Positions 38,083 to 48,096 of a stretch of DNA of 64,000 nt are shown here, piece after piece. The notes beneath the pieces were generated by a model. The model saw only the letters and a program-made list of their open reading frames with translations, had not been told where the DNA came from and ran no database searches. The first letter of the stretch is position 1. Every line of letters begins with the position of its first letter. Source of the stretch: Clostridia bacterium (lineage in GTDB: Bacteria; Bacillota; Clostridia; Saccharofermentanales; Saccharofermentanaceae); assembly GCA_024699245.1 (NCBI GenBank), contig JAILPW010000047.1, positions 9,960 to 73,959 on the forward strand. Reading direction: 5' to 3'. Both the position numbers and the translations under genes were made by a program.

Positions 38083-38373
38083 ATGAACAAAACAGATCTT
38101 ATTGAAGCAATTGCTAAGGACGCTAAGCTTACAAAGAAGGATGCAGAGGCTGCTCTTTCTGCAACAATGAAGGCTATCGAGACAGCTCTCGTAAAAGAGG
38201 AGAAGGTTGTACTCGTAGGTTTCGGTACATTTGAGACAAAGAAGCGTGCAGCTCGTAAGGGCCGTAACCCTAGCACAAAGGAAGTTATCAATATTCCTGC
38301 ATCTAAGGTTCCATCTTTCAAAGCTGGTAAGGATCTTAAGACAAAGGTTAACGCTGGCAAGAAGAAGAAGTAA
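38083..38373 (+). CDS. hup: DNA-binding protein HU
   Basis: MNKTDLI, GFGTF, RKGRNP, PSFKAGK; short GKKKK tail. Confidence 0.97.
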   Translation: MNKTDLIEAIAKDAKLTKKDAEAALSATMKAIETALVKEEKVVLVGFGTFETKKRAARKGRNPSTKEVINIPASKVPSFKAGKDLKTKVNAGKKKK

Positions 38374-38429
38374 TTCTTATTCAAACGATCTAAAATGGGC
38401 ATCTCCATCGGAGATGCCTTTTTTCTTGC

Positions 38430-38987
38430 TCAGATCTGATTTACGACCTCGTCTCTGACCTCTTCCAGAAGTGTCATGCATGCCTTGGAATTCTTCATTC
38501 CTTCATTCCACATATCGCTTTTCTGAAGACAGTATCTGATATTTCGCTCCACCTGCGCTCCGGTCATGGAATAGCGGCTTCCGACTTCCGAATAGATCCT
38601 CTTATAGTGAAGAGAAGGTCCCTCCGTGTAAAGGTGCTTAATGACGGCAGCAAGGAGCACCGTGCCGATCAGGGTATTATCGAAGCCGTGAAAGTTCATT
38701 ACCGTACGTATCGTATTATCGATCAGGATACCATCAAATGCGGGCATCTTAATGTCCTGCTGATTTGAAGGCGTCAGGAGTTGCTTGATATATTGAGTCG
38801 CAGCGCACGGGTTCTTACGCGCATCTATCAGGAAATGGTGTCTTCCGGCAGTATCTGTAACGGTAAACATGCCGTTCTTACGTAAGATCCGGTTGATCGA
38901 CTGCAGAAGTTCCGCATTATCGCAGACAATATAGATACCGATCTCTTCATACATCTTATTTGAATATCCGAAAACATTCTTTTCCAT
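38430..38987 (-). CDS. Spo0A C-terminal-like DNA-binding domain protein without a receiver domain
   Basis: IG...L..VI....KRIYSEVG.RY..T..QVERNIRY pattern. Confidence 0.65.
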   Translation of the reverse strand: MEKNVFGYSNKMYEEIGIYIVCDNAELLQSINRILRKNGMFTVTDTAGRHHFLIDARKNPCAATQYIKQLLTPSNQQDIKMPAFDGILIDNTIRTVMNFHGFDNTLIGTVLLAAVIKHLYTEGPSLHYKRIYSEVGSRYSMTGAQVERNIRYCLQKSDMWNEGMKNSKACMTLLEEVRDEVVNQI

Positions 38988-39142
38988 TTTACGACCTCCT
39001 GCTTATAGATGTAGGTCTATTCTGACAGGGTGGAATAATCGAAATCAAGGAAAAAAGTCTCAATTTTCGGCGTTCGAAAACTTCAGAAAGATCTTTGTTA
39101 AAAAAGCATAAAAGATCTTTGATCCGTTTGTTTAATGTGTCA

Positions 39143-41317
39143 TCAGTAGGTTGGTTTCAGGATAACGTGGAATATCGTGTACTCACCGAGAACACTCTCT
39201 ACACTGATCTCCGCATCATGCTTATCGACGATCATCTTAACGATAGAAAGTCCGAGACCCGTACCCTTGATATTCTGACCGGAGTTCTTTGCTCTGTAGA
39301 ATCTGTCGAAGATGTGGTCGATCTCTTCAGGCGGGATACCGATACCGTTATCCTTAACGGTTACATGGATCCTCTGCTCAGGAAGCGGCTGATCAGCTCC
39401 CGAGCGCCATGCTTTTATCTCGATAAGTGCCTCTTCTTTGGAATAGTTTATTGCATTTGATATAAGGTTCTCGAAAACACGGCTGATCCTCTTAGGATCT
39501 GCTTTTGTAATGAGAAGATCATCGTCCGGGATATCAAGAACTATCTTCTTGTCGCTGTTACGAAGATCGCTCGTATAAAGCATATAAAGCTCATCCAAAA
39601 GCTCATTGATGGAGATATCCATAAACTCGAAGCTGAAACCGCTGGATTCCATCTTAGAGATCTCAACGATATCGGAAACGATCCTTTCCATCTGCTGTGA
39701 ACGCTTTACGATATTCTGAAGATATACCTGTCTTTGATCTTCACTTAATCCCGAACCGCTCTGGAGAAGAAGCTCTGAATAACCTCTTATGGCCGTGATA
39801 GGAGTCCTGAGGTCATGAGAAACATTGGACATGACATTCTTTCTTGCTTCCTCGTTTTCGAGAAGTCTCTTGTTGGTGTTATAAAGATCTCTGTTGATCA
39901 TAGAGATATGAGCTGTCTTTTCTTCAACGATAGTTTTCAAATGCTCTGATGAGTGTATGAGTTCCGAATACTGTGAAATATACCTTTGAACGAAGTAGAT
40001 CACCAATGCGAGGATCGCGATAAGGTAGCAGACTCCGTATAAAGGACAATTCGCCATCTGGTTATTTGACAGGATAATGTGGAAGAAGATAAAGAACAAC
40101 GAGATGGAAGAACATAGCGCAAGTGTCGAATTAGGCGCTGAAATGTAGAAGAATATGATCTTGATGAAGTTCGACAGCATAAGGACGAAAACGAACAGGA
40201 TCAAGGTTGTCGTTTTAAACGATGTGCTCAGAAGACGGCTGTCAAGGAATGCCAAAGACATCATCATTATTCCGCCGCATGTTATGATCACGCTATCAAA
40301 ATTGGAATACCTGTGCTGGTTTTCTGCTCTGAACTTGGTAAACAGGGTAGCTATAAACCAATAAGAAAAGATGTTGGCAGATATGATATGCGCGTATTCT
40401 TCCAGTTCTTTGTAAGGGGTTGCCAGCCTTAGGAAATTTCCGTTTATCAGCGTATAGAAGAACAGACAAAGAGACAGGAGCGCAAAGAAATAGTACGACC
40501 TTGCATCCGTCAAAGTCTTACGAAGTAAAGCACCTCCGACGATGGCAAAAACTGTTACGACCGCGAGGACCGCGATAAATGCCGAAGGTACGGAAGACAT
40601 GATCTCATTCGTTGATTCATAGTAAAGCGCAGGTGTGGAATTAAGTCCGCATCTGGTACTCATCTCGTTTGAATAAAACAGAATGATCAGCTGGATAGAA
40701 TCGTTCTTGTTCTGTACCGCAGTAGAAGAATATCCGCCCGTGTAATCAGGAAGGAATTTGAAACTTGAGGCATCACCGGTATTACCTACCAGATAACCGT
40801 TACAGAAAATGTATGCATGACCTTTTACTTTTCCCAGATCAAGATAAAGAGTGTTAATGGTCTCGTTGACTTTGATGTTTGCCATATAGGCACCGCTGAC
40901 CATTCTCATTCCTCCGTTCATGAACGGAATAAGACCGGTGCCGTTGTCCGCGTTATGCCATTCGATGTCTTCGCCGAGATCATCCCATCCTTTGCTGTTT
41001 ATCGTTACGTTTGATGCATAAGGAAGACTTATCGTGTAATCAATAAGAGATTTGTATGTTCTGATGTTTTCGATACGAAGATTAGGGAAAAAGAGCCAAT
41101 CGTCATTGATAAACATTGTGGACTTGTCAGTTCTTTCTTCGGCGTGGAAAGTCAACTGTTCCGCGTCATAACGAAGATTTGTATTTTCTCTTACATTGAT
41201 CAGAGAATAAACATACATTACAAGGAGAAAAATGGCGATGAAAAGTATGGAAAACAAGAGCTGGACCAAATGGGATTCGCCAACTTTGATTGTCTTGTTT
41301 CTTTTCTTTCGTTCCAT
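39143..41317 (-). CDS. Membrane sensor histidine kinase (extracellular beta-sandwich plus about 7 TM)
   Basis: HDLRTP, LISNAINY, DNGIGI, FDRFYR, GTGLGL. Confidence 0.95.
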   Translation of the reverse strand: MERKKRNKTIKVGESHLVQLLFSILFIAIFLLVMYVYSLINVRENTNLRYDAEQLTFHAEERTDKSTMFINDDWLFFPNLRIENIRTYKSLIDYTISLPYASNVTINSKGWDDLGEDIEWHNADNGTGLIPFMNGGMRMVSGAYMANIKVNETINTLYLDLGKVKGHAYIFCNGYLVGNTGDASSFKFLPDYTGGYSSTAVQNKNDSIQLIILFYSNEMSTRCGLNSTPALYYESTNEIMSSVPSAFIAVLAVVTVFAIVGGALLRKTLTDARSYYFFALLSLCLFFYTLINGNFLRLATPYKELEEYAHIISANIFSYWFIATLFTKFRAENQHRYSNFDSVIITCGGIMMMSLAFLDSRLLSTSFKTTTLILFVFVLMLSNFIKIIFFYISAPNSTLALCSSISLFFIFFHIILSNNQMANCPLYGVCYLIAILALVIYFVQRYISQYSELIHSSEHLKTIVEEKTAHISMINRDLYNTNKRLLENEEARKNVMSNVSHDLRTPITAIRGYSELLLQSGSGLSEDQRQVYLQNIVKRSQQMERIVSDIVEISKMESSGFSFEFMDISINELLDELYMLYTSDLRNSDKKIVLDIPDDDLLITKADPKRISRVFENLISNAINYSKEEALIEIKAWRSGADQPLPEQRIHVTVKDNGIGIPPEEIDHIFDRFYRAKNSGQNIKGTGLGLSIVKMIVDKHDAEISVESVLGEYTIFHVILKPTY

Positions 41318-41336
41318 TTCACACCTGCATACAAAA

Positions 41337-41393
41337 GGCGGTCAAGACCGCCAAGAATTAAAAAGGGGCTGCCTCTTTAGTATGAGACAGCCC
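41337..41393 (-). terminator. Two hairpins between response regulator and kinase, each followed by a T-run on the minus strand
   Basis: GGGCTG...CAGCCC (41366-41393) and GGCGGTC/GACCGCC (41337-41352). Confidence 0.55.
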
Positions 41394-41407
41394 GTTAAAT
41401 TTTTCAA

Positions 41408-42148
41408 TTACTGAAAATCTCCGTGAAGACTGTTCTTTACCGGTGGGTAAGCGAAGGAGTAACCGATACCCCATTCAGTCTTTACATAAGTGATCTCCGG
41501 AGCGATCTTCTCCATCTTCTTACGCAGATAGGAGATGTTAACCATTACGAGGTGGTTATCGCATGGGGAATCATCGCCCCAAACCTGAGAATAGATCCTG
41601 GAGAACGGAACGATAACGTTCGGTGTCTCAGCGAGAAGTCTCAGGATATCGAACTCTCTGTTGGTGAGGTGAACTGCCTCATCCTTCAAAGTTACTTCAC
41701 GAGTCTTGATGTTGATCTTGAGAGGGCTGAACTCCATAAGGAATCCTTCACTCTTAAGATTTCTCTTGATATGAGCGTTGATACGAAGTGAGAGCTCAGG
41801 GAGAGAGTAAGGCTTTGTGATATAGTCATCAGCACCTGCCTTGAAACCTGTGATCTTATCATCAACATCCTCTTTAGCTGTGAGGAAGATGATAGGAGCC
41901 TTGCAGTAAACCTGAATTCTAGGCGGGAGTTCGAATGCGCTTCCGTCAGGGAGCATTACATCCAAAACGATACAGTCAAAGTTGATGACCTGTACCTTTT
42001 CCATTGTCTGAGCTACTGATGTAGCAGTGTAAACGTCGTAACCTTCGCTTGTAAGGAATGAGCGGTTGATCTCGAGAATATCTGTATCGTCATCAACCAA
42101 AAGGATCTTGTGTTGTGCCATATATACCTCCGTTTGTGTTTTTATCAT
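41408..42148 (-). CDS. OmpR/PhoB-family response regulator
   Basis: LLVDDD, LDVMLP, FLTAK, GADDYITKP, winged helix (TEWGIGY). Confidence 0.96.
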   Translation of the reverse strand: MIKTQTEVYMAQHKILLVDDDTDILEINRSFLTSEGYDVYTATSVAQTMEKVQVINFDCIVLDVMLPDGSAFELPPRIQVYCKAPIIFLTAKEDVDDKITGFKAGADDYITKPYSLPELSLRINAHIKRNLKSEGFLMEFSPLKINIKTREVTLKDEAVHLTNREFDILRLLAETPNVIVPFSRIYSQVWGDDSPCDNHLVMVNISYLRKKMEKIAPEITYVKTEWGIGYSFAYPPVKNSLHGDFQ

Positions 42149-42295
42149 ATATTTCTTTTTTGATAATCATAAATACACCTCTAATTATATTTTATTTTGT
42201 CAAAAATACAACTGTGTTAATAGATTGTTCACAATTAAATTTTGATTTTATCAAACGTCAAAAAACCTTGAAAATAGGCACTTTTGCTATATAAT

Positions 42296-42309
42296 AGAAT
42301 ATATGTTCG
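42296..42309. promoter_or_regulatory. Putative LexA (SOS) box at the dinB promoter
   Basis: AGAATATATGTTCG, one mismatch from GAAC-N4-GTTC, abutting TATAAT (42290-42295). Confidence 0.6.
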
Positions 42310-42325
42310 TGTTTTGGAGTTGACT

Positions 42326-43522
42326 TTGAGCAGGGTTATATTTCATGTGGATCAAAACTGTTATTTCGCCTCAGTCGAGATGATTTCTCATCCCGAATAC
42401 AGGAACGTACCCATGGCAGTTGTCGGTGATAAGGAGAAAAGGCACGGCATAGTTCTTGCCAAAAATCAGCTCGCGTCCCAGGCCGGAGTCAAGACCGCGG
42501 AAGTGATCTGGCAGGCCCAAAGTAAATGTCCGGATCTTGTCCTCGCTACACCTCATTATGATAAATACACTTTTTATTCTCGAAAACTTCGCGAGCTATA
42601 TGAGGAATATACCGACAAAGTTGAACCCTTTGGTCTTGATGAATGCTGGCTGGATCTTACGGATACGATCGGTGACAGAGATCCGAAGGAAGTAGCTGAC
42701 GAGATAAGGGACAGGGTCAAAAACGAATTTAAGCTTACCTGTTCGGTCGGTGTCAGTTTTAATAAGATATTTGCCAAACTCGGATCTGATTATAAAAAGC
42801 CTGATGCCACGACTGTCATCAGCGAGAGCAATTTCAAAGAGATAGTATGGCCTCTTCCTTGTTCTGATCTTCTGTTTGTGGGCAAATCGACCAAGGAGCG
42901 TTTAAGTAAGGTTAATATAAAGACAATAGGAGATCTGGCGGGTTGTGACCGCGATTTTCTTTTTGAGTATCTCGGGAAGGGCGGGCCGCAGTTATGGATA
43001 TATGCGAACGGCCTTGATGATTCGGAAGTAAAGAGCTCCGATTCAAAGCGCACGGTTAAATCAGTAGGGAATTCAACCACAACTGAAACGGATCTTACTT
43101 CCGCTTCTGAAATATCCTCCACTTATCTGATGCTTGCTTCAAAGGTAGCGGGAAGGCTTCGTAAGGCGGGGCTTAAGGGTGATGTTATCCAGATAACGGT
43201 AAGAGACAAAGACCTGAATATCTATGAGAAGCAGAAGATCCTTATAAGCCCTACTGATAACAGTCAGGTGATCCACAGATCAGCGGTCGAACTTTTTGAT
43301 GCCTTATATGATTGGCATGTGCCGGTAAGAAGTATCGGAGTCAGAGTGACAAACTTAAGAAGTGTGGATGCTCCCGAGCAGATGAACCTTTTCGAGAATA
43401 TAGAGACAGAAGAAAAAAACAGGAAGTTGGAAAATACCATTGATGCGATCAAGGACAGGTACGGAAAGGACAGCTTGAGGTTTCTGGGTGAAATAGAAAG
43501 GAATTTTGATACTAAAGAATAA
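42326..43522 (+). CDS. dinB: DNA polymerase IV (Y-family)
   Basis: HVDQNCYFASVE, GLDECWLD, SVGVSFNK..AK...D.KKP; TTG 42326 behind GGAG. Confidence 0.95.
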   Translation: MSRVIFHVDQNCYFASVEMISHPEYRNVPMAVVGDKEKRHGIVLAKNQLASQAGVKTAEVIWQAQSKCPDLVLATPHYDKYTFYSRKLRELYEEYTDKVEPFGLDECWLDLTDTIGDRDPKEVADEIRDRVKNEFKLTCSVGVSFNKIFAKLGSDYKKPDATTVISESNFKEIVWPLPCSDLLFVGKSTKERLSKVNIKTIGDLAGCDRDFLFEYLGKGGPQLWIYANGLDDSEVKSSDSKRTVKSVGNSTTTETDLTSASEISSTYLMLASKVAGRLRKAGLKGDVIQITVRDKDLNIYEKQKILISPTDNSQVIHRSAVELFDALYDWHVPVRSIGVRVTNLRSVDAPEQMNLFENIETEEKNRKLENTIDAIKDRYGKDSLRFLGEIERNFDTKE

Positions 43523-43561
43523 TAATGATATAATAATCCATGTTTTGGAGGTATTTATAAA

Positions 43562-44047
43562 ATGTGGATGGAGGCTGATGAGGGAATAAGATCCCGAATT
43601 AGAGCTAATGTTATTAACTCGGCAAGAGTCAAGATGCTTGTCTATCTTCTGTTGCTCATGCTCGCCATCATCAGCGGTTTCGTTTTGGTCTATAACAAAG
43701 ACAGTTTCTTCTCCACTTTGATACTTTGCCTTCTTATCAGTTTTGCAGCTATCGGTTTCATTGCGATCTTATATACTTATTTTACGACTATCAGGAACAA
43801 CACAAGGATCATAAGCCAGGCAGCTTATATGACGGTTGGTCTTGTGGTCACGAGACTCGGTGATTCAGGTCAGATCCTTGTTAAGCTTCCGGGTGAGAAG
43901 AGCAAATACAGGATCGATTGTGATAAGGAATTCTATAAGAATGCTACGACAGATGCCAGAGTCCTGGTCGTTGCTGTTTCCAGAAAGAACGAAGATCTTA
44001 TGATCGGATATGATCCGTCGACCTATGACAAAGACGGAATATTCTGA
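43562..44047 (+). CDS. Hypothetical protein, two TM segments
   Basis: RBS GGAGG; hydrophobic N-terminal half. Confidence 0.8.
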   Translation: MWMEADEGIRSRIRANVINSARVKMLVYLLLLMLAIISGFVLVYNKDSFFSTLILCLLISFAAIGFIAILYTYFTTIRNNTRIISQAAYMTVGLVVTRLGDSGQILVKLPGEKSKYRIDCDKEFYKNATTDARVLVVAVSRKNEDLMIGYDPSTYDKDGIF

Positions 44048-44927
44048 CGCCAACCTATATTTCAGGGAACGATTCGGTTCCAAGGTCTACAAAGCCGCAA
44101 TAAGCTTGGATGTTACCTGTCCGAACAGGGACGGAACGAAGGGCTTGGGCGGTTGTGTTTTTTGCAGTCTCGGAGGATCGGGAGAATTCTCGACCAAGGG
44201 AGATGATGTTATCGAACAGATCAATAGCGCCATAGAAAAGCTCTCGGCCAAGGTTTCTCCGGAGACAAGGTATATAGCGTATTTTCAAAGTTTCACGAAT
44301 ACATATTGTGAGGTTTCATTTCTCGAGGAGAAGATCAGGAAGGCGTTTTCGCACCAAAGGATATGCGCCGTGTCGATCGCGACAAGGCCTGATTGTCTGT
44401 CCGAGGACATGATCCTAATGCTTTCGAGAATGAATAAGATCAAACCTGTTATGGTCGAACTAGGCCTTCAGACAATACACGAGAAGACGGCCGAATGGTT
44501 CAACAGGTGTTACCTTACGGAAGAATACGATGATGCCGTAAGAAGACTTAAGTCTCAGGGCATCGAGGTAATCACTCATCTTATCTTCGGACTTAAGGAT
44601 GAGACTCGAGAGATGATGCTCCAAAGCGTGAAGCACGTTGTCGATATGGGAAGTGACGGGATCAAGTTTACGTGTCTTTACGTTCTTACCGGAACCGGAC
44701 TTGAGAAGGAGTGGAGAAGAGGTGAGATCAAGGTGCTTTCAAGAGATGAGTACTTTGACATCGTTGATGAAGCTCTTAAGATCCTCCCGCCTGAAATGAT
44801 CGTCCATCGCCTGACCGGGGACGGCCCTAAATCGATCCTTCTTGAGCCGTCATGGACAAAAGACAAGCGAAGTGTAGTAAACTATATTAACGGCAGATTC
44901 GAGAAAAGGAGCGTGATCGCGAGATGA
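44025..44927 (+). CDS. TIGR01212 (YhcC-like) radical SAM protein
   Basis: CPNRDG..G.GGCVFC, AYFQSFTNTY, IATRPDC, VELGLQT, HRLTGD; start uncertain (44010 or 44025). Confidence 0.92.
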   Translation: MTKTEYSDANLYFRERFGSKVYKAAISLDVTCPNRDGTKGLGGCVFCSLGGSGEFSTKGDDVIEQINSAIEKLSAKVSPETRYIAYFQSFTNTYCEVSFLEEKIRKAFSHQRICAVSIATRPDCLSEDMILMLSRMNKIKPVMVELGLQTIHEKTAEWFNRCYLTEEYDDAVRRLKSQGIEVITHLIFGLKDETREMMLQSVKHVVDMGSDGIKFTCLYVLTGTGLEKEWRRGEIKVLSRDEYFDIVDEALKILPPEMIVHRLTGDGPKSILLEPSWTKDKRSVVNYINGRFEKRSVIAR

Positions 44928-45271
44928 AAAAGTACATAAGCGAATATATGTCCGAACTTAAAAAGTTTCTCGATAACGAACTTTCCAAGGCTGATCAGGA
45001 GACCAAGGACAAGGTCCTTCACGAGCTTGAAACAAAGATCTTATATTTTCAGCACGAGAGACTTATACACCTGATCGTCACGGTGCTCTTTGCGATACTC
45101 GAAATCATCTCGGTACTGTCATTTTTCATGGTCGGAAATTTCTTCCCTCTGGTACTTGCAGTCATGCTCTTGATCCTGCTCGTTCCATATATCTTTCACT
45201 ATTTCTTTCTCGAAAACAGTGTTCAGGAACTTTACAAGTTAAGAGACAGACTCATCACTTCGGAGCGTTAA
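44924..45271 (+). CDS. Hypothetical membrane protein
   Basis: FQHERLIHLIVT, PYIFHYFFLENSVQ; ATGA overlap with the upstream gene. Confidence 0.8.
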   Translation: MKKYISEYMSELKKFLDNELSKADQETKDKVLHELETKILYFQHERLIHLIVTVLFAILEIISVLSFFMVGNFFPLVLAVMLLILLVPYIFHYFFLENSVQELYKLRDRLITSER

Positions 45272-46448
45272 CGCTTACCTTTGACTGATAAGGCTTAAGG
45301 CCGAGTTCTTTTGCCAAAGCCAAAGCAAGTTCTGCCTTTGAAGAAGAGATCATACTATAGTGTTCCCAATCGGTAAGATCGGTAAAGAAGAAGAACTCTA
45401 CAGGTACGCCTGTGGTGCTCTTTGTGTCGTTGACCTGACAGATCACGAGTTTATCCTGAACAACGTTAGGATCTTTCTTGATGATCCTGGGAAGAAGCTC
45501 CAGGAAAACGCTCAGGTTTGTAAGTTCACCTGTTTTCTCGCTTCTCTTGTCGAGAGCTTCCTTAAGGTCAGAGAACTCCTCATATTTTTTCAATACTGAT
45601 GAAACATCTTCGCACGGCTTTATCGAATCGATATCAAGAGGCATCGCTCTGAATACTCTGCGTGCCTTGCTCTTGAGTGCCGTATGCCAGTTCCTGAACG
45701 GAACAGACAGGAAAGTATAAGCCGGGATCGTGTAAAGCGTATTATCGAATGCCAGTATCTTGACTGATATAAGAGAGATATCCTGAACGGTTCCTTCCAC
45801 ATTCTCTGACGGGATCTCGACCCAGTCGCCGATCCTTAAAAGATCATCGGATGTGATCTGAACACCTGCGACAAGTCCCAAGAGCGCATCCTTGAACACG
45901 ATGGAAATGATCGCCGTGAACGTACCGATACCTCCGATCAGTACGAGCGGACTCTGGTTGATGAGAAGAGATACCATGATGATGGTAAGCACGATGATAA
46001 CGAGCACTTTGATGATCTGAAGAAGACCCTTGATCGGGCGCTTTTTCGATATGGACTTAGTGCTATAAAGGTCGCCGATGATATCGATGATCGAATTTAC
46101 CAGGAGCATGAGGATGAGGATCATCAATACACTCGTGATCTTCAAGATCCTGCCCTCGTTTCTCGGGAAAGCGGAAGCAAACGAGCTTACGGTGACTGAA
46201 ATAAAGAACAGACAAAGATAAAAAGTGAAATGGTTATTCTTGGCTGACTGGGTGATCGTCTTAAAGGATTTTCTCTTTGCGCTGGCGGAAATGATCTTGG
46301 TAACGATCAGTATCACTGCACAGACCAAAAGACAAATGAGTGCTATTACCGCGATGTTCGCCGTTGTTATCAGAAGCTCGGACACTGTCTTGCCCAGATC
46401 CAGATTCCCTATCAATTCTCTTATATTCTCGAAAATCATAATGTTCAC
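45255..46448 (-). CDS. Small-conductance mechanosensitive channel (MscS family)
   Basis: FKDALLGLVAGVQI, IGDWVEI, GTVQDISL, DNTLYTIP. Confidence 0.92.
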   Translation of the reverse strand: MNIMIFENIRELIGNLDLGKTVSELLITTANIAVIALICLLVCAVILIVTKIISASAKRKSFKTITQSAKNNHFTFYLCLFFISVTVSSFASAFPRNEGRILKITSVLMILILMLLVNSIIDIIGDLYSTKSISKKRPIKGLLQIIKVLVIIVLTIIMVSLLINQSPLVLIGGIGTFTAIISIVFKDALLGLVAGVQITSDDLLRIGDWVEIPSENVEGTVQDISLISVKILAFDNTLYTIPAYTFLSVPFRNWHTALKSKARRVFRAMPLDIDSIKPCEDVSSVLKKYEEFSDLKEALDKRSEKTGELTNLSVFLELLPRIIKKDPNVVQDKLVICQVNDTKSTTGVPVEFFFFTDLTDWEHYSMISSSKAELALALAKELGLKPYQSKVSVNAPK

Positions 46449-46570
46449 CTTTGATGAAATGTTTTCTGTATTATATATAATTTCTTACAATTTATCACCT
46501 TTGCGTAAATTGCCTGTTCCTGTACAATATCACTTGAACGAAAAAAGATTTTTAAACGAGGTTCATATCT

Positions 46571-47476
46571 ATGATGACAATTATCGGGGGCTTTCTGATG
46601 GCCCTTGCAGACAGTGTTCCCGGCGTATCAGGCGGAACGATAGCCTTTATCATGGGCTTTTATGACGAATTCATCAACTCCATCTCATTGCTGCTCAAGG
46701 GCAAAAAGGAAGAGCGTAAAAAAGCATTCTTCTTCCTCCTTCGCGTGGGTATCGGCTGGGCAACAGGTATGATCCTTGCGATCCTTATCCTTAATTCCCT
46801 TTTCGAAAAAAACATCTATCTCATCAGTTCGATGTTCCTCGGCTTTGTCCTCGCAGCAATCCCAATCATCGTTATGGAAGAGAAGAAGTGCCTTAAGGGT
46901 AAGTACTATAATCTCGTGTTTACTCTCATCGGTGCGGCACTTGTTGTTGCGATCACGCTCCTCAAAGCCAAGCTCAACAACGGTGAAGGCGGTGAGTTCC
47001 ACCTGACAGTTGCAAGCGGCGTCTACCTTTTTGTCTGCGGAGCTCTTGCGATCTGTGCCATGGTCCTTCCGGGCATATCAGGTTCAACATTGCTTCTTAT
47101 CTTTGGCGTATACACGACGGTAATCGGCGCAGTTCACTCCGTCCTTACCTTTGATCTTAAGGCTCTGCCTATCTGTTTTATCTTCGGATTCGGTGTTATC
47201 GCAGGTGCGGTCGGAATCGTCGGCATCCTCAAAAAGTGCCTTTCAAGATTCAGATCACAGACGATCTACCTTGTAATCGGTCTCATGATCGGTTCTCTTT
47301 ACGCTATCGTCAGAGGTCCGGAATCTCTTGATACTCCTCAGCCGATGATGGATCTGCACACATTCAGCATCATCTTCTTTATCATCGGAATCGCAGTAAT
47401 ATCAGGCCTTCAGTTGCTAAAGGTCGTTATCGAGAAAAAGGGGAAAACTGAGAATAAGAAGATCGAAAAAGTGTAA
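46571..47476 (+). CDS. DUF368 membrane protein
   Basis: MALADSVPGVSGGTIAFIMGFYD and AMVLPGISGS internal repeats. Confidence 0.9.
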   Translation: MMTIIGGFLMALADSVPGVSGGTIAFIMGFYDEFINSISLLLKGKKEERKKAFFFLLRVGIGWATGMILAILILNSLFEKNIYLISSMFLGFVLAAIPIIVMEEKKCLKGKYYNLVFTLIGAALVVAITLLKAKLNNGEGGEFHLTVASGVYLFVCGALAICAMVLPGISGSTLLLIFGVYTTVIGAVHSVLTFDLKALPICFIFGFGVIAGAVGIVGILKKCLSRFRSQTIYLVIGLMIGSLYAIVRGPESLDTPQPMMDLHTFSIIFFIIGIAVISGLQLLKVVIEKKGKTENKKIEKV

Positions 47477-47610
47477 GCACAAAACGTTATACTTTGAAAG
47501 TCTAATTATTTATGCAATCTCACAACATATTCATTATACAACCTTGTGCTTTTTGTGAAAAGTGTGCAAAATGCACAAGGCTTATTTTGCATTTATGGAA
47601 AACATTACAA

Positions 47611-47639
47611 TTGCGTTACAAGGGTAGGGATAATATACT
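47611..47639 (+). promoter_or_regulatory. sigmaA-like promoter of the large ncRNA candidate
   Basis: TTGCGT-17 bp-TATACT; predicted +1 about A47646. Confidence 0.7.
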
Positions 47640-47645
47640 GAAAAT

Positions 47646-48085
47646 AGCTCCAGGGAATACGAGAACACTTAAGTTTTCGAACCACGGTCGCCAACAGATA
47701 GGTTTCCTAGAAGTTGGAAGCGAGCAGCGATTGACGGGATGGGATGCTATCCGCAAGTCGCAGGTTGTAACAGTTTAGTCGTTCGGACATTTGATCCGCG
47801 GTTGTGTGAGAGGTCGCCGCCGACAGGAGAAGTTCGAAGCTACAGACCTAACGGTACATCCTAATCGTGCGAACCGAGTAGCCGGTTTAAGTTTATGACA
47901 GCTTTCGAGTAATCGGGGGCGATAAACAAAGAAGTGAGTAACGACTTATTAAGCGGTGAGAAGGGGTCATTGTTTGGGAGTTACGTTGAAGGCAATGGCA
48001 ATCGGTTAGGCGTTATGGCTGGCAGAGGCTCGAGTAAAGGAATTGTGGTTAATCGGGAAGTAGAGTTGATTGGTTCGCTGGAGCT
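47646..48085 (+). ncRNA. Candidate large structured ncRNA (~440 nt), family not identified
   Basis: 5' AGCTCCAG pairs with 3' CTGGAGCT; many internal and long-range helices; more G-rich than flanks; own promoter and terminator; no credible CDS. Confidence 0.75.
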
Positions 48086-48096
48086 TTTCTATGCAG

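Noticed and set aside
47646-48085. RNase P RNA, tmRNA or group I/II intron identity for the large RNA
   Set aside because: No GAGGAAAGUCC on either strand, no tRNA-like GGGG..CCA ends, no GUGCG start or domain V, no flanking exons
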